Assembly: GCF_018977255.1 (NCBI RefSeq)
Contig: NW_024704742.1
Location: 37,820,001 to 37,884,000 of the forward strand
Reading direction: 5' to 3'
Source of the DNA: Callorhinchus milii
Lineage: Eukaryota
Length of the DNA: 64,000 nucleotides
Shown one piece after another: positions 1-11,543 of this stretch. Each line of letters begins with the position of its first letter. The stretch's first letter is position 1. The position numbers and the translations under genes were made by a program. The notes beneath the pieces were generated by a model, which saw only the letters and a list, made by a program, of their open reading frames with translations, was not told where the DNA came from and did not search any database.

Positions 1-281
1 TCCCTGGCTTGGGAGAGTTCATGCTTCTGACTGACTCTCTTGCCCCATTGGAACCTGAGCATGGTCACAAGATGTCAGGTAATTTTAGGGTCAGCCTTAT
101 CACAAGATTGGTCTGGATTGACAACAATCACTCTCGCTCTCAAGGCTCACTCACAAAGAATGAGCACTAATGGAGATGGAGGAAGGTAACTGGTGCCTAT
201 AGAACTGTAACCCAGCAAAGGATCACCTGAAAACAACAAAACAACAACAACAAGATAGCATTTATAGAGCGCCATTCAGCG

Positions 282-367
282 CCTTGCAGGGACCGGCCCT
301 TGCAGGGACCGGCCCTTGCAGGGACCGGCCCTTGCAGGGACCGGCCCTTGCAGGGACCGGCCCTTGC
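282..367. repeat. 16-bp GC-rich minisatellite (CCTTGCAGGGACCGGC)n, 5 units
   Basis: Read directly from the sequence. Confidence 0.97.
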
Positions 368-828
368 AAATCATTTGCTCCTCGCAGAATGATTGATGCA
401 GAAGTACGGGCCTTTGTACTGAAAAATACAAATTAAACTTTACAACAATAGTACTTGTGAGGGTTGGGTTAAACTCATTTTAAAATGTCAGCATCAATTT
501 ATACCTCACTTTTAGAAATCAGAATCTAGATCCCTTTTTCAATCACAAACATTGTGTGCACTGCTCCTGAATGAACAATACCTATTGCTTATATACTGTT
601 ATGCAAAGCAATATTCATTGCCGACTTAAACCAGGAATAGATGTGACAGTTCTACTTTCATCAGCAAACTGCTTAGATTATATTTATATGCACAACAAAA
701 TTAATCTGCATCTGTGCAGTCAATATAAAAAAAATTCAACCCCATTACAATCCCAACACCTTTTTCAATTCTGCAACACTAACAGTAACATTACAAGATA
801 CTACACTGTATACATTGGAGATAATTTT

Positions 829-958
829 TTATGTTCAGCTAATGCATTACTGAGAAGACATCAGCAAGGTCTTCAGTCACACAAGGCTGAATATTCTCTA
901 TCCCAAGCGTACAACTGCTCATGCCACAGATATTAGCAGGGCAGCAAATAAATGGGAG
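829..958 (-). ncRNA. SNORA20: H/ACA box snoRNA SNORA20 (ACA20), copy 1
   Basis: Minus strand reads CUCCCAUUUAUUUGCUGC...GAGCAGUUGUACGCUUGGGAU, close to the recalled human ACA20 5' hairpin. H box AGAGAA follows, then a second hairpin (UUCAGC...GCUGA) and ACA + 3 nt. It lies in a TCP1 intron, the known host of SNORA20. Confidence 0.88.
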
Positions 959-1311
959 TTCAGTAAGTTGTACATGTTTTTCTTACTTTTTAACAAGTAT
1001 CAGTTCATCATCGCATATCCTTTCTTGAACCACCTCCTCAGCTTGGCCCACTAAAGAGGGATCAAAACTCTCATCTCCTTCCAAGTTTGCAAGAGTTGAA
1101 CAGATAGTTGCTATAAACAAAAACAGGTAAAAATCATCAGAATAGGTTTCTCAGTCCAAGACACCCTTTTCTGATTTACGGACTTTTAACACTTCAACAA
1201 AATTACATTTGTATAGCGCCTTTCATGTCGGGAGGACGTCAGAATCACTAGGAAAATTCCAGCTGATTCCGAATGCCAACCTTTCAAAATTGAATGACAT
1301 TAATATTGGAC

Positions 1312-1792
1312 ATTAAACTCGATAGCTTGTCACTCCAAGGGTAAAGAGCTGAGCAATAAGTTATCCGGAGTAGCGAGTTTGATAAAGGTCCTCCCAGCTG
1401 CTCCGTGGCTTTTGGCCCTATCCTGTCACACGATAAGATGTAAGACAGCGTAGCAGGCCTCTGCAACGCATCTGAGCATAGGCACCCAACCTCCGCTACC
1501 AATCACAGCATCGGGCTGGAGGCCTTTGTAATGCAAGATGCCATATTACAGAACGAGTTATCAGATCAATTTTCGACTAAGAAGATAGCGAATAAGCTAT
1601 TTTCTGCTCGCTGGATTCAAACAATCTGAGTCAGTCATAGTGGCTATCACTAGCCATTATGAATGTCAGCACAGACAGAGGCTACTCAGTGCACCATTGA
1701 TCCGCGCTAGGAGTTGGGCCCACAGAATAAAATTAATGTTTTTGGTTTTGGGCCTCGTCCAACCAGGTCGGAATTCCGGATAACTGGAGTCC
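1312..1792. mobile_element. Possible degraded pogo/Tigger-type MITE inside the TCP1 intron (present in all four units)
   Basis: CpG-richer than flanks. Perfect 11-bp inverted repeat AGTTATCCGGA (1359-1369) / TCCGGATAACT (1775-1785). Left end AAACTCGATAGC...CTCCAAGGG resembles pogo-like subterminal motifs from memory. Confidence 0.3.
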
Positions 1793-1926
1793 AATAAGGC
1801 AGGGGATCACTAGTTTGAAAGTATGTATAATTCAAAACAGTAACCTAGTAAAAAAAATTGCTGCACTTACCTCCACTGGCCTTAACAATTCGTCTGAGGT
1901 CTTTCTTCAGACAACGGCGTAATGCC

Positions 1927-1973
1927 CTGCAGGGACCTGCGCTGCAGGGACCTGCGCTGCAGGGACCTGCCCT
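1927..1973. repeat. 15-bp repeat (CTGCAGGGACCTGCG)x3 at the TCP1 5' breakpoint; also at 5726-5772, 8683-8729, 11544-11590
   Basis: Read directly; it abuts the truncated TCP1 exon. Confidence 0.93.
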
Positions 1974-3158
1974 ACATCCTCCCATCACAGCATCAAGCTA
2001 ATTCTAAATATATCCAATATATCAAGCAGGAAGTACATCATCCAACCCCAGGAACTCTAAATTTAGAGTAGAGTTCCAACAGATATCTACGATTATCATA
2101 GATATACCTTTGGTCACTGGAAAAAAGTTCCCACTTTATTTCCTAAAACTAGTTTGTCCTAAAAATATAATAAATTTGAACTTGTAAAAAATATATAGGG
2201 ATGGAAATGTTTTCATACCATAAATAATCGCCCAAATAATTGTTGCATTTGATATAGTGGTTAGAACACTGAAACATCTCAAAGCACTTCACATATAATT
2301 GCTGTCAAATGTAATGACTGTATATTTGTAAATAGTTGCAACATCCTTCTGACACAGAGACAAGATTGCTACCAACTGAGCTCAGTTGACAAATAATAAA
2401 TAGAGGCCAGAAATGTTTTTAAGTTTTGGTACAGAATTCTTTGAAAGTAAAGTAACTATTGTAATTACTTTACAGGAATAAAGCTACTCCTGAGAGTTTA
2501 AATAATTATAATATTCCTTGCATTTGATATCATGCCTTTCATGTCGGGAGGTTGTCACAAAGCGTTTCACAGGATTTATTTTAAAGTATAGTGACTGAAC
2601 TGAGATCTCGAGAGCAGCTGGCAGTCAAATGACAAAGAATGGAAAACAGGTATTTAAAAACCAAAGTCAGATGATGCTCTAACGGCCCACTGGGTAAAAG
2701 TACCAACTGCCGTAGCATTAAACCTTGCATTTGATATAGTGCATTTAATATAGAATCTCAGGAATGTCACAAGTTTGATCTCAATAAGAACTACTCCGAG
2801 ATGCAATACCATGCGAAGGCTGCTATGTAAATGCAGGTTGTTGTTGTTGCTTTGGGTTATTATGACTGGTCTCAGAGTCCCTGGCTTGGGAGAGTTCATG
2901 CTTCTGACTGACTCTCTTGCCCCATTGGAACCTGAGCATGGTCACAAGATGTCAGGTAATTTTAGGGTCAGCCTTATCACAAGATTGGTCTGGATTGACA
3001 ACAATCACTCTCGCTCTCAAGGCTCACTCACAAAGAATGAGCACTAATGGAGATGGAGGAAGGTAACTGGTGCCTATAGAACTGTAACCCAGCAAAGGAT
3101 CACCTGAAAACAACAAAACAACAACAACAAGATAGCATTTATAGAGCGCCATTCAGCG

Positions 3159-4166
3159 CCTTGCAGGGACCGGCCCTTGCAGGGACCGGCCCTTGCAGGG
3201 ACCGGCCCTTGCAGGGACCGGCCCTTGCAGGGACCGGCCCTTGCAGGGACCGGCCCTTGCAGGGACCGGCCCTTGCAGGGACCGGCCCTTGCAGGGACCG
3301 GCCCTTGCGGGGACCGGCCCTTGCTGGGACCGGCCCTTGCAGGGACCGGCCCTTGCTGGACCGGCCCTTGCTGGGACCGGCCCTTGCTGGGACCGGCCCT
3401 TGCTGGGACCGGCCCTTGCTGGGACCGGCCCTTGCTGGGACCGGCCCTTGCTGGGACCGGCCCTTGCTGGGACCGGCCCTTGCTGGGACCGGCCCTTGCT
3501 GGGACCGGCCCTTGCTGGGACCGGCCCTGCTGGGACCGGCCCTGCTGGGACCGGCCCTGCAGGGACCGGCCCTTGCGGGACCGGCCCTTGCAGGGACCGG
3601 CCCTTGCAGGGACCGGCCCTTGCAGGGACCGGCCCTTGCAGGGACCGGCCCTTGCAGGGACCGGCCCTTGCAGGGACCGGCCCTTGCAGGGACCGGCCCT
3701 TGCAGGGACCGGCCCCTGCAGGACCGGCCCTTGCAGGGACCGGCCCTTGCAGGGACCGGCCCTTGCAGGGACCGGCCCTTGCTGGGACCGGCCCTTGCTG
3801 GGACCGGCCCTTGCTGGGACCGGCCCTTGCTGGGACCGGCCCTTGCTGGGACCGGCCCTTGCTGGGACCGGCCCTTGCTGGGACCGGCCCTTGCTGGGAC
3901 CGGCCCTTGCTGGGACCGGCCCTTGCTGGGACCGGCCCTTGCTGGGACCGGCCCTTGCTGGGACCGGCCCTTGCTGGGACCGGCCCTTGCTGGGACCGGC
4001 CCTTGCTGGGACCGGCCCTTGCTGGGACCGGCCCTTGCAGGGACCGGCCCTTGCAGGGACCGGCCCTTGCAGGGACCGGCCCTTGCAGGGACCGGCCCTT
4101 GCAGGGACCGGCCCTTGCAGGGACCGGCCCTTGCAGGGACCGGCCCTTGCAGGGACCGGCCCTTGC
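3159..4166. repeat. 16-bp minisatellite, about 62-63 units with A/T/G variant blocks
   Basis: Read directly. Units are TTGCAGGG, TTGCTGGG or TTGCGGGG variants, with a few 15-bp units. Confidence 0.97.
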
Positions 4167-5725
4167 AAATCATTTGCTCCTCGCAGAATGATTGATGCAG
4201 AAGTACGGGCCTTTGTACTGAAAAATACAAATTAAACTTTACAACAATAGTACTTGTGAGGGTTGGGTTAAACTCATTTTAAAATGTCAGCATCAATTTA
4301 TACCTCACTTTTAGAAATCAGAATCTAGATCCCTTTTTCAATCACAAACATTGTGTGCACTGCTCCTGAATGAACAATACCTATTGCTTATATACTGTTA
4401 TGCAAAGCAATATTCATTGCCGACTTAAACCAGGAATAGATGTGACAGTTCTACTTTCATCAGCAAACTGCTTAGATTATATTTATATGCACAACAAAAT
4501 TAATCTGCATCTGTGCAGTCAATATAAAAAAAATTCAACCCCATTACAATCCCAACACCTTTTTCAATTCTGCAACACTAACAGTAACATTACAAGATAC
4601 TACACTGTATACATTGGAGATAATTTTTTATGTTCAGCTAATGCATTACTGAGAAGACATCAGCAAGGTCTTCAGTCACACAAGGCTGAATATTCTCTAT
4701 CCCAAGCGTACAACTGCTCATGCCACAGATATTAGCAGGGCAGCAAATAAATGGGAGTTCAGTAAGTTGTACATGTTTTTCTTACTTTTTAACAAGTATC
4801 AGTTCATCATCGCATATCCTTTCTTGAACCACCTCCTCAGCTTGGCCCACTAAAGAGGGATCAAAACTCTCATCTCCTTCCAAGTTTGCAAGAGTTGAAC
4901 AGATAGTTGCTATAAACAAAAACAGGTAAAAATCATCAGAATAGGTTTCTCAGTCCAAGACACCCTTTTCTGATTTACGGACTTTTAACACTTCAACAAA
5001 ATTACATTTGTATAGCGCCTTTCATGTCGGGAGGACGTCAGAATCACTAGGAAAATTCCAGCTGATTCCGAATGCCAACCTTTCAAAATTGAATGACATT
5101 AATATTGGACATTAAACTCGATAGCTTGTCACTCCAAGGGTAAAGAGCTGAGCAATAAGTTATCCGGAGTAGCGAGTTTGATAAAGGTCCTCCCAGCTGC
5201 TCCGTGGCTTTTGGCCCTATCCTGTCACACGATAAGATGTAAGACAGCGTAGCAGGCCTCTGCAACGCATCTGAGCATAGGCACCCAACCTCCGCTACCA
5301 ATCACAGCATCGGGCTGGAGGCCTTTGTAATGCAAGATGCCATATTACAGAACGAGTTATCAGATCAATTTTCGACTAAGAAGATAGCGAATAAGCTATT
5401 TTCTGCTCGCTGGATTCAAACAATCTGAGTCAGTCATAGTGGCTATCACTAGCCATTATGAATGTCAGCACAGACAGAGGCTACTCAGTGCACCATTGAT
5501 CCGCGCTAGGAGTTGGGCCCACAGAATAAAATTAATGTTTTTGGTTTTGGGCCTCGTCCAACCAGGTCGGAATTCCGGATAACTGGAGTCCAATAAGGCA
5601 GGGGATCACTAGTTTGAAAGTATGTATAATTCAAAACAGTAACCTAGTAAAAAAAATTGCTGCACTTACCTCCACTGGCCTTAACAATTCGTCTGAGGTC
5701 TTTCTTCAGACAACGGCGTAATGCC
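4167..5725 (-). pseudogene. TCP1: TCP1 fragment, copy 2 (exon pieces 5670-5725, 4786-4909, 4167-4217)
   Basis: Same sequence as copy 1, offset +3799. Confidence 0.92.
4628..4757 (-). ncRNA. SNORA20: SNORA20 copy 2
   Basis: Same sequence as copy 1. Confidence 0.87.
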
Positions 5726-6957
5726 CTGCAGGGACCTGCGCTGCAGGGACCTGCGCTGCAGGGACCTGCCCTACATCCTCCCATCACAGCATCAAGCTAA
5801 TTCTAAATATATCCAATATATCAAGCAGGAAGTACATCATCCAACCCCAGGAACTCTAAATTTAGAGTAGAGTTCCAACAGATATCTACGATTATCATAG
5901 ATATACCTTTGGTCACTGGAAAAAAGTTCCCACTTTATTTCCTAAAACTAGTTTGTCCTAAAAATATAATAAATTTGAACTTGTAAAAAATATATAGGGA
6001 TGGAAATGTTTTCATACCATAAATAATCGCCCAAATAATTGTTGCATTTGATATAGTGGTTAGAACACTGAAACATCTCAAAGCACTTCACATATAATTG
6101 CTGTCAAATGTAATGACTGTATATTTGTAAATAGTTGCAACATCCTTCTGACACAGAGACAAGATTGCTACCAACTGAGCTCAGTTGACAAATAATAAAT
6201 AGAGGCCAGAAATGTTTTTAAGTTTTGGTACAGAATTCTTTGAAAGTAAAGTAACTATTGTAATTACTTTACAGGAATAAAGCTACTCCTGAGAGTTTAA
6301 ATAATTATAATATTCCTTGCATTTGATATCATGCCTTTCATGTCGGGAGGTTGTCACAAAGCGTTTCACAGGATTTATTTTAAAGTATAGTGACTGAACT
6401 GAGATCTCGAGAGCAGCTGGCAGTCAAATGACAAAGAATGGAAAACAGGTATTTAAAAACCAAAGTCAGATGATGCTCTAACGGCCCACTGGGTAAAAGT
6501 ACCAACTGCCGTAGCATTAAACCTTGCATTTGATATAGTGCATTTAATATAGAATCTCAGGAATGTCACAAGTTTGATCTCAATAAGAACTACTCCGAGA
6601 TGCAATACCATGCGAAGGCTGCTATGTAAATGCAGGTTGTTGTTGTTGCTTTGGGTTATTATGACTGGTCTCAGAGTCCCTGGCTTGGGAGAGTTCATGC
6701 TTCTGACTGACTCTCTTGCCCCATTGGAACCTGAGCATGGTCACAAGATGTCAGGTAATTTTAGGGTCAGCCTTATCACAAGATTGGTCTGGATTGACAA
6801 CAATCACTCTCGCTCTCAAGGCTCACTCACAAAGAATGAGCACTAATGGAGATGGAGGAAGGTAACTGGTGCCTATAGAACTGTAACCCAGCAAAGGATC
6901 ACCTGAAAACAACAAAACAACAACAACAAGATAGCATTTATAGAGCGCCATTCAGCG

Positions 6958-7123
6958 CCTTGCAGGGACCGGCCCTTGCAGGGACCGGCCCTTGCAGGGA
7001 CCGGCCCTTGCAGGGACCGGCCCTTGCAGGGACCGGCCCTTGCAGGGACCGGCCCTTGCAGGGACCGGCCCTTGCAGGGACCGGCCCTTGCAGGGACCGG
7101 CCCTTGCAGGGACCGGCCCTTGC
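6958..7123. repeat. 16-bp minisatellite, 10 units
   Basis: Read directly; 96 bp longer than the 4-unit copy. Confidence 0.97.
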
Positions 7124-8682
7124 AAATCATTTGCTCCTCGCAGAATGATTGATGCAGAAGTACGGGCCTTTGTACTGAAAAATACAAATTAAACTTTACA
7201 ACAATAGTACTTGTGAGGGTTGGGTTAAACTCATTTTAAAATGTCAGCATCAATTTATACCTCACTTTTAGAAATCAGAATCTAGATCCCTTTTTCAATC
7301 ACAAACATTGTGTGCACTGCTCCTGAATGAACAATACCTATTGCTTATATACTGTTATGCAAAGCAATATTCATTGCCGACTTAAACCAGGAATAGATGT
7401 GACAGTTCTACTTTCATCAGCAAACTGCTTAGATTATATTTATATGCACAACAAAATTAATCTGCATCTGTGCAGTCAATATAAAAAAAATTCAACCCCA
7501 TTACAATCCCAACACCTTTTTCAATTCTGCAACACTAACAGTAACATTACAAGATACTACACTGTATACATTGGAGATAATTTTTTATGTTCAGCTAATG
7601 CATTACTGAGAAGACATCAGCAAGGTCTTCAGTCACACAAGGCTGAATATTCTCTATCCCAAGCGTACAACTGCTCATGCCACAGATATTAGCAGGGCAG
7701 CAAATAAATGGGAGTTCAGTAAGTTGTACATGTTTTTCTTACTTTTTAACAAGTATCAGTTCATCATCGCATATCCTTTCTTGAACCACCTCCTCAGCTT
7801 GGCCCACTAAAGAGGGATCAAAACTCTCATCTCCTTCCAAGTTTGCAAGAGTTGAACAGATAGTTGCTATAAACAAAAACAGGTAAAAATCATCAGAATA
7901 GGTTTCTCAGTCCAAGACACCCTTTTCTGATTTACGGACTTTTAACACTTCAACAAAATTACATTTGTATAGCGCCTTTCATGTCGGGAGGACGTCAGAA
8001 TCACTAGGAAAATTCCAGCTGATTCCGAATGCCAACCTTTCAAAATTGAATGACATTAATATTGGACATTAAACTCGATAGCTTGTCACTCCAAGGGTAA
8101 AGAGCTGAGCAATAAGTTATCCGGAGTAGCGAGTTTGATAAAGGTCCTCCCAGCTGCTCCGTGGCTTTTGGCCCTATCCTGTCACACGATAAGATGTAAG
8201 ACAGCGTAGCAGGCCTCTGCAACGCATCTGAGCATAGGCACCCAACCTCCGCTACCAATCACAGCATCGGGCTGGAGGCCTTTGTAATGCAAGATGCCAT
8301 ATTACAGAACGAGTTATCAGATCAATTTTCGACTAAGAAGATAGCGAATAAGCTATTTTCTGCTCGCTGGATTCAAACAATCTGAGTCAGTCATAGTGGC
8401 TATCACTAGCCATTATGAATGTCAGCACAGACAGAGGCTACTCAGTGCACCATTGATCCGCGCTAGGAGTTGGGCCCACAGAATAAAATTAATGTTTTTG
8501 GTTTTGGGCCTCGTCCAACCAGGTCGGAATTCCGGATAACTGGAGTCCAATAAGGCAGGGGATCACTAGTTTGAAAGTATGTATAATTCAAAACAGTAAC
8601 CTAGTAAAAAAAATTGCTGCACTTACCTCCACTGGCCTTAACAATTCGTCTGAGGTCTTTCTTCAGACAACGGCGTAATGCC
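7124..8682 (-). pseudogene. TCP1: TCP1 fragment, copy 3 (exon pieces 8627-8682, 7743-7866, 7124-7174)
   Basis: Same sequence as copy 1, offset +6756. Confidence 0.92.
7585..7714 (-). ncRNA. SNORA20: SNORA20 copy 3
   Basis: Same sequence as copy 1. Confidence 0.87.
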
Positions 8683-9914
8683 CTGCAGGGACCTGCGCTG
8701 CAGGGACCTGCGCTGCAGGGACCTGCCCTACATCCTCCCATCACAGCATCAAGCTAATTCTAAATATATCCAATATATCAAGCAGGAAGTACATCATCCA
8801 ACCCCAGGAACTCTAAATTTAGAGTAGAGTTCCAACAGATATCTACGATTATCATAGATATACCTTTGGTCACTGGAAAAAAGTTCCCACTTTATTTCCT
8901 AAAACTAGTTTGTCCTAAAAATATAATAAATTTGAACTTGTAAAAAATATATAGGGATGGAAATGTTTTCATACCATAAATAATCGCCCAAATAATTGTT
9001 GCATTTGATATAGTGGTTAGAACACTGAAACATCTCAAAGCACTTCACATATAATTGCTGTCAAATGTAATGACTGTATATTTGTAAATAGTTGCAACAT
9101 CCTTCTGACACAGAGACAAGATTGCTACCAACTGAGCTCAGTTGACAAATAATAAATAGAGGCCAGAAATGTTTTTAAGTTTTGGTACAGAATTCTTTGA
9201 AAGTAAAGTAACTATTGTAATTACTTTACAGGAATAAAGCTACTCCTGAGAGTTTAAATAATTATAATATTCCTTGCATTTGATATCATGCCTTTCATGT
9301 CGGGAGGTTGTCACAAAGCGTTTCACAGGATTTATTTTAAAGTATAGTGACTGAACTGAGATCTCGAGAGCAGCTGGCAGTCAAATGACAAAGAATGGAA
9401 AACAGGTATTTAAAAACCAAAGTCAGATGATGCTCTAACGGCCCACTGGGTAAAAGTACCAACTGCCGTAGCATTAAACCTTGCATTTGATATAGTGCAT
9501 TTAATATAGAATCTCAGGAATGTCACAAGTTTGATCTCAATAAGAACTACTCCGAGATGCAATACCATGCGAAGGCTGCTATGTAAATGCAGGTTGTTGT
9601 TGTTGCTTTGGGTTATTATGACTGGTCTCAGAGTCCCTGGCTTGGGAGAGTTCATGCTTCTGACTGACTCTCTTGCCCCATTGGAACCTGAGCATGGTCA
9701 CAAGATGTCAGGTAATTTTAGGGTCAGCCTTATCACAAGATTGGTCTGGATTGACAACAATCACTCTCGCTCTCAAGGCTCACTCACAAAGAATGAGCAC
9801 TAATGGAGATGGAGGAAGGTAACTGGTGCCTATAGAACTGTAACCCAGCAAAGGATCACCTGAAAACAACAAAACAACAACAACAAGATAGCATTTATAG
9901 AGCGCCATTCAGCG

Positions 9915-9984
9915 CCTTGCAGGGACCGGCCCTTGCAGGGACCGGCCCTTGCAGGGACCGGCCCTTGCAGGGACCGGCCCTTGC
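9915..9984. repeat. 16-bp minisatellite, 4 units
   Basis: Read directly from the sequence. Confidence 0.97.
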
Positions 9985-11543
9985 AAATCATTTGCTCCTC
10001 GCAGAATGATTGATGCAGAAGTACGGGCCTTTGTACTGAAAAATACAAATTAAACTTTACAACAATAGTACTTGTGAGGGTTGGGTTAAACTCATTTTAA
10101 AATGTCAGCATCAATTTATACCTCACTTTTAGAAATCAGAATCTAGATCCCTTTTTCAATCACAAACATTGTGTGCACTGCTCCTGAATGAACAATACCT
10201 ATTGCTTATATACTGTTATGCAAAGCAATATTCATTGCCGACTTAAACCAGGAATAGATGTGACAGTTCTACTTTCATCAGCAAACTGCTTAGATTATAT
10301 TTATATGCACAACAAAATTAATCTGCATCTGTGCAGTCAATATAAAAAAAATTCAACCCCATTACAATCCCAACACCTTTTTCAATTCTGCAACACTAAC
10401 AGTAACATTACAAGATACTACACTGTATACATTGGAGATAATTTTTTATGTTCAGCTAATGCATTACTGAGAAGACATCAGCAAGGTCTTCAGTCACACA
10501 AGGCTGAATATTCTCTATCCCAAGCGTACAACTGCTCATGCCACAGATATTAGCAGGGCAGCAAATAAATGGGAGTTCAGTAAGTTGTACATGTTTTTCT
10601 TACTTTTTAACAAGTATCAGTTCATCATCGCATATCCTTTCTTGAACCACCTCCTCAGCTTGGCCCACTAAAGAGGGATCAAAACTCTCATCTCCTTCCA
10701 AGTTTGCAAGAGTTGAACAGATAGTTGCTATAAACAAAAACAGGTAAAAATCATCAGAATAGGTTTCTCAGTCCAAGACACCCTTTTCTGATTTACGGAC
10801 TTTTAACACTTCAACAAAATTACATTTGTATAGCGCCTTTCATGTCGGGAGGACGTCAGAATCACTAGGAAAATTCCAGCTGATTCCGAATGCCAACCTT
10901 TCAAAATTGAATGACATTAATATTGGACATTAAACTCGATAGCTTGTCACTCCAAGGGTAAAGAGCTGAGCAATAAGTTATCCGGAGTAGCGAGTTTGAT
11001 AAAGGTCCTCCCAGCTGCTCCGTGGCTTTTGGCCCTATCCTGTCACACGATAAGATGTAAGACAGCGTAGCAGGCCTCTGCAACGCATCTGAGCATAGGC
11101 ACCCAACCTCCGCTACCAATCACAGCATCGGGCTGGAGGCCTTTGTAATGCAAGATGCCATATTACAGAACGAGTTATCAGATCAATTTTCGACTAAGAA
11201 GATAGCGAATAAGCTATTTTCTGCTCGCTGGATTCAAACAATCTGAGTCAGTCATAGTGGCTATCACTAGCCATTATGAATGTCAGCACAGACAGAGGCT
11301 ACTCAGTGCACCATTGATCCGCGCTAGGAGTTGGGCCCACAGAATAAAATTAATGTTTTTGGTTTTGGGCCTCGTCCAACCAGGTCGGAATTCCGGATAA
11401 CTGGAGTCCAATAAGGCAGGGGATCACTAGTTTGAAAGTATATATAATTCAAAACAGTAACCTAGTAAAAAAAATTGCTGCACTTACCTCCACTGGCCTT
11501 AACAATTCGTCTGAGGTCTTTCTTCAGACAACGGCGTAATGCC
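9985..11543 (-). pseudogene. TCP1: TCP1 fragment, copy 4 (exon pieces 11488-11543, 10604-10727, 9985-10035)
   Basis: Same sequence as copy 1, offset +9617, with an intronic SNP at 11442. Confidence 0.92.
10446..10575 (-). ncRNA. SNORA20: SNORA20 copy 4
   Basis: Same sequence as copy 1. Confidence 0.87.

Larger units (their letters stand above)
368..1926 (-). pseudogene. TCP1: Intron-containing TCP1 (CCT1, chaperonin alpha) fragment, copy 1: exon pieces 1871-1926, 987-1110, 368-418
   Basis: Spliced translation ALRRCLKKDLRRIVKASG|ATICSTLANLEGDESFDPSLVGQAEEVVQERICDDELILVK|NTKARTSASIILRGAND matches recalled human TCP1 (AVRRVLKRDLKRIAKASGATILSTLANLEGEETFEAAMLGQAEEVVQERICDDELILIKNTKARTSASIILRGANDF). 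Canonical GT-AG introns (gtaagt, gtaaga donors) with consistent phases. Both outer exons are truncated mid-exon. Confidence 0.93.

Noticed and set aside
571-936. Repeated 121-aa, 72-aa, 81-aa and 90-aa ORFs in each unit
   Set aside because: They lie in TCP1 intron or spacer sequence (one is antisense to SNORA20), show no recognisable domain, and recur only because of the duplication.
282-4166. CRISPR-like array
   Set aside because: Units are contiguous with no unique spacers, there are no cas genes, and the context is vertebrate.
3139-4235. Five overlapping 330-364 aa ORFs on both strands
   Set aside because: By-product of a stop-free 16-bp repeat; the same peptide cycles through all frames.
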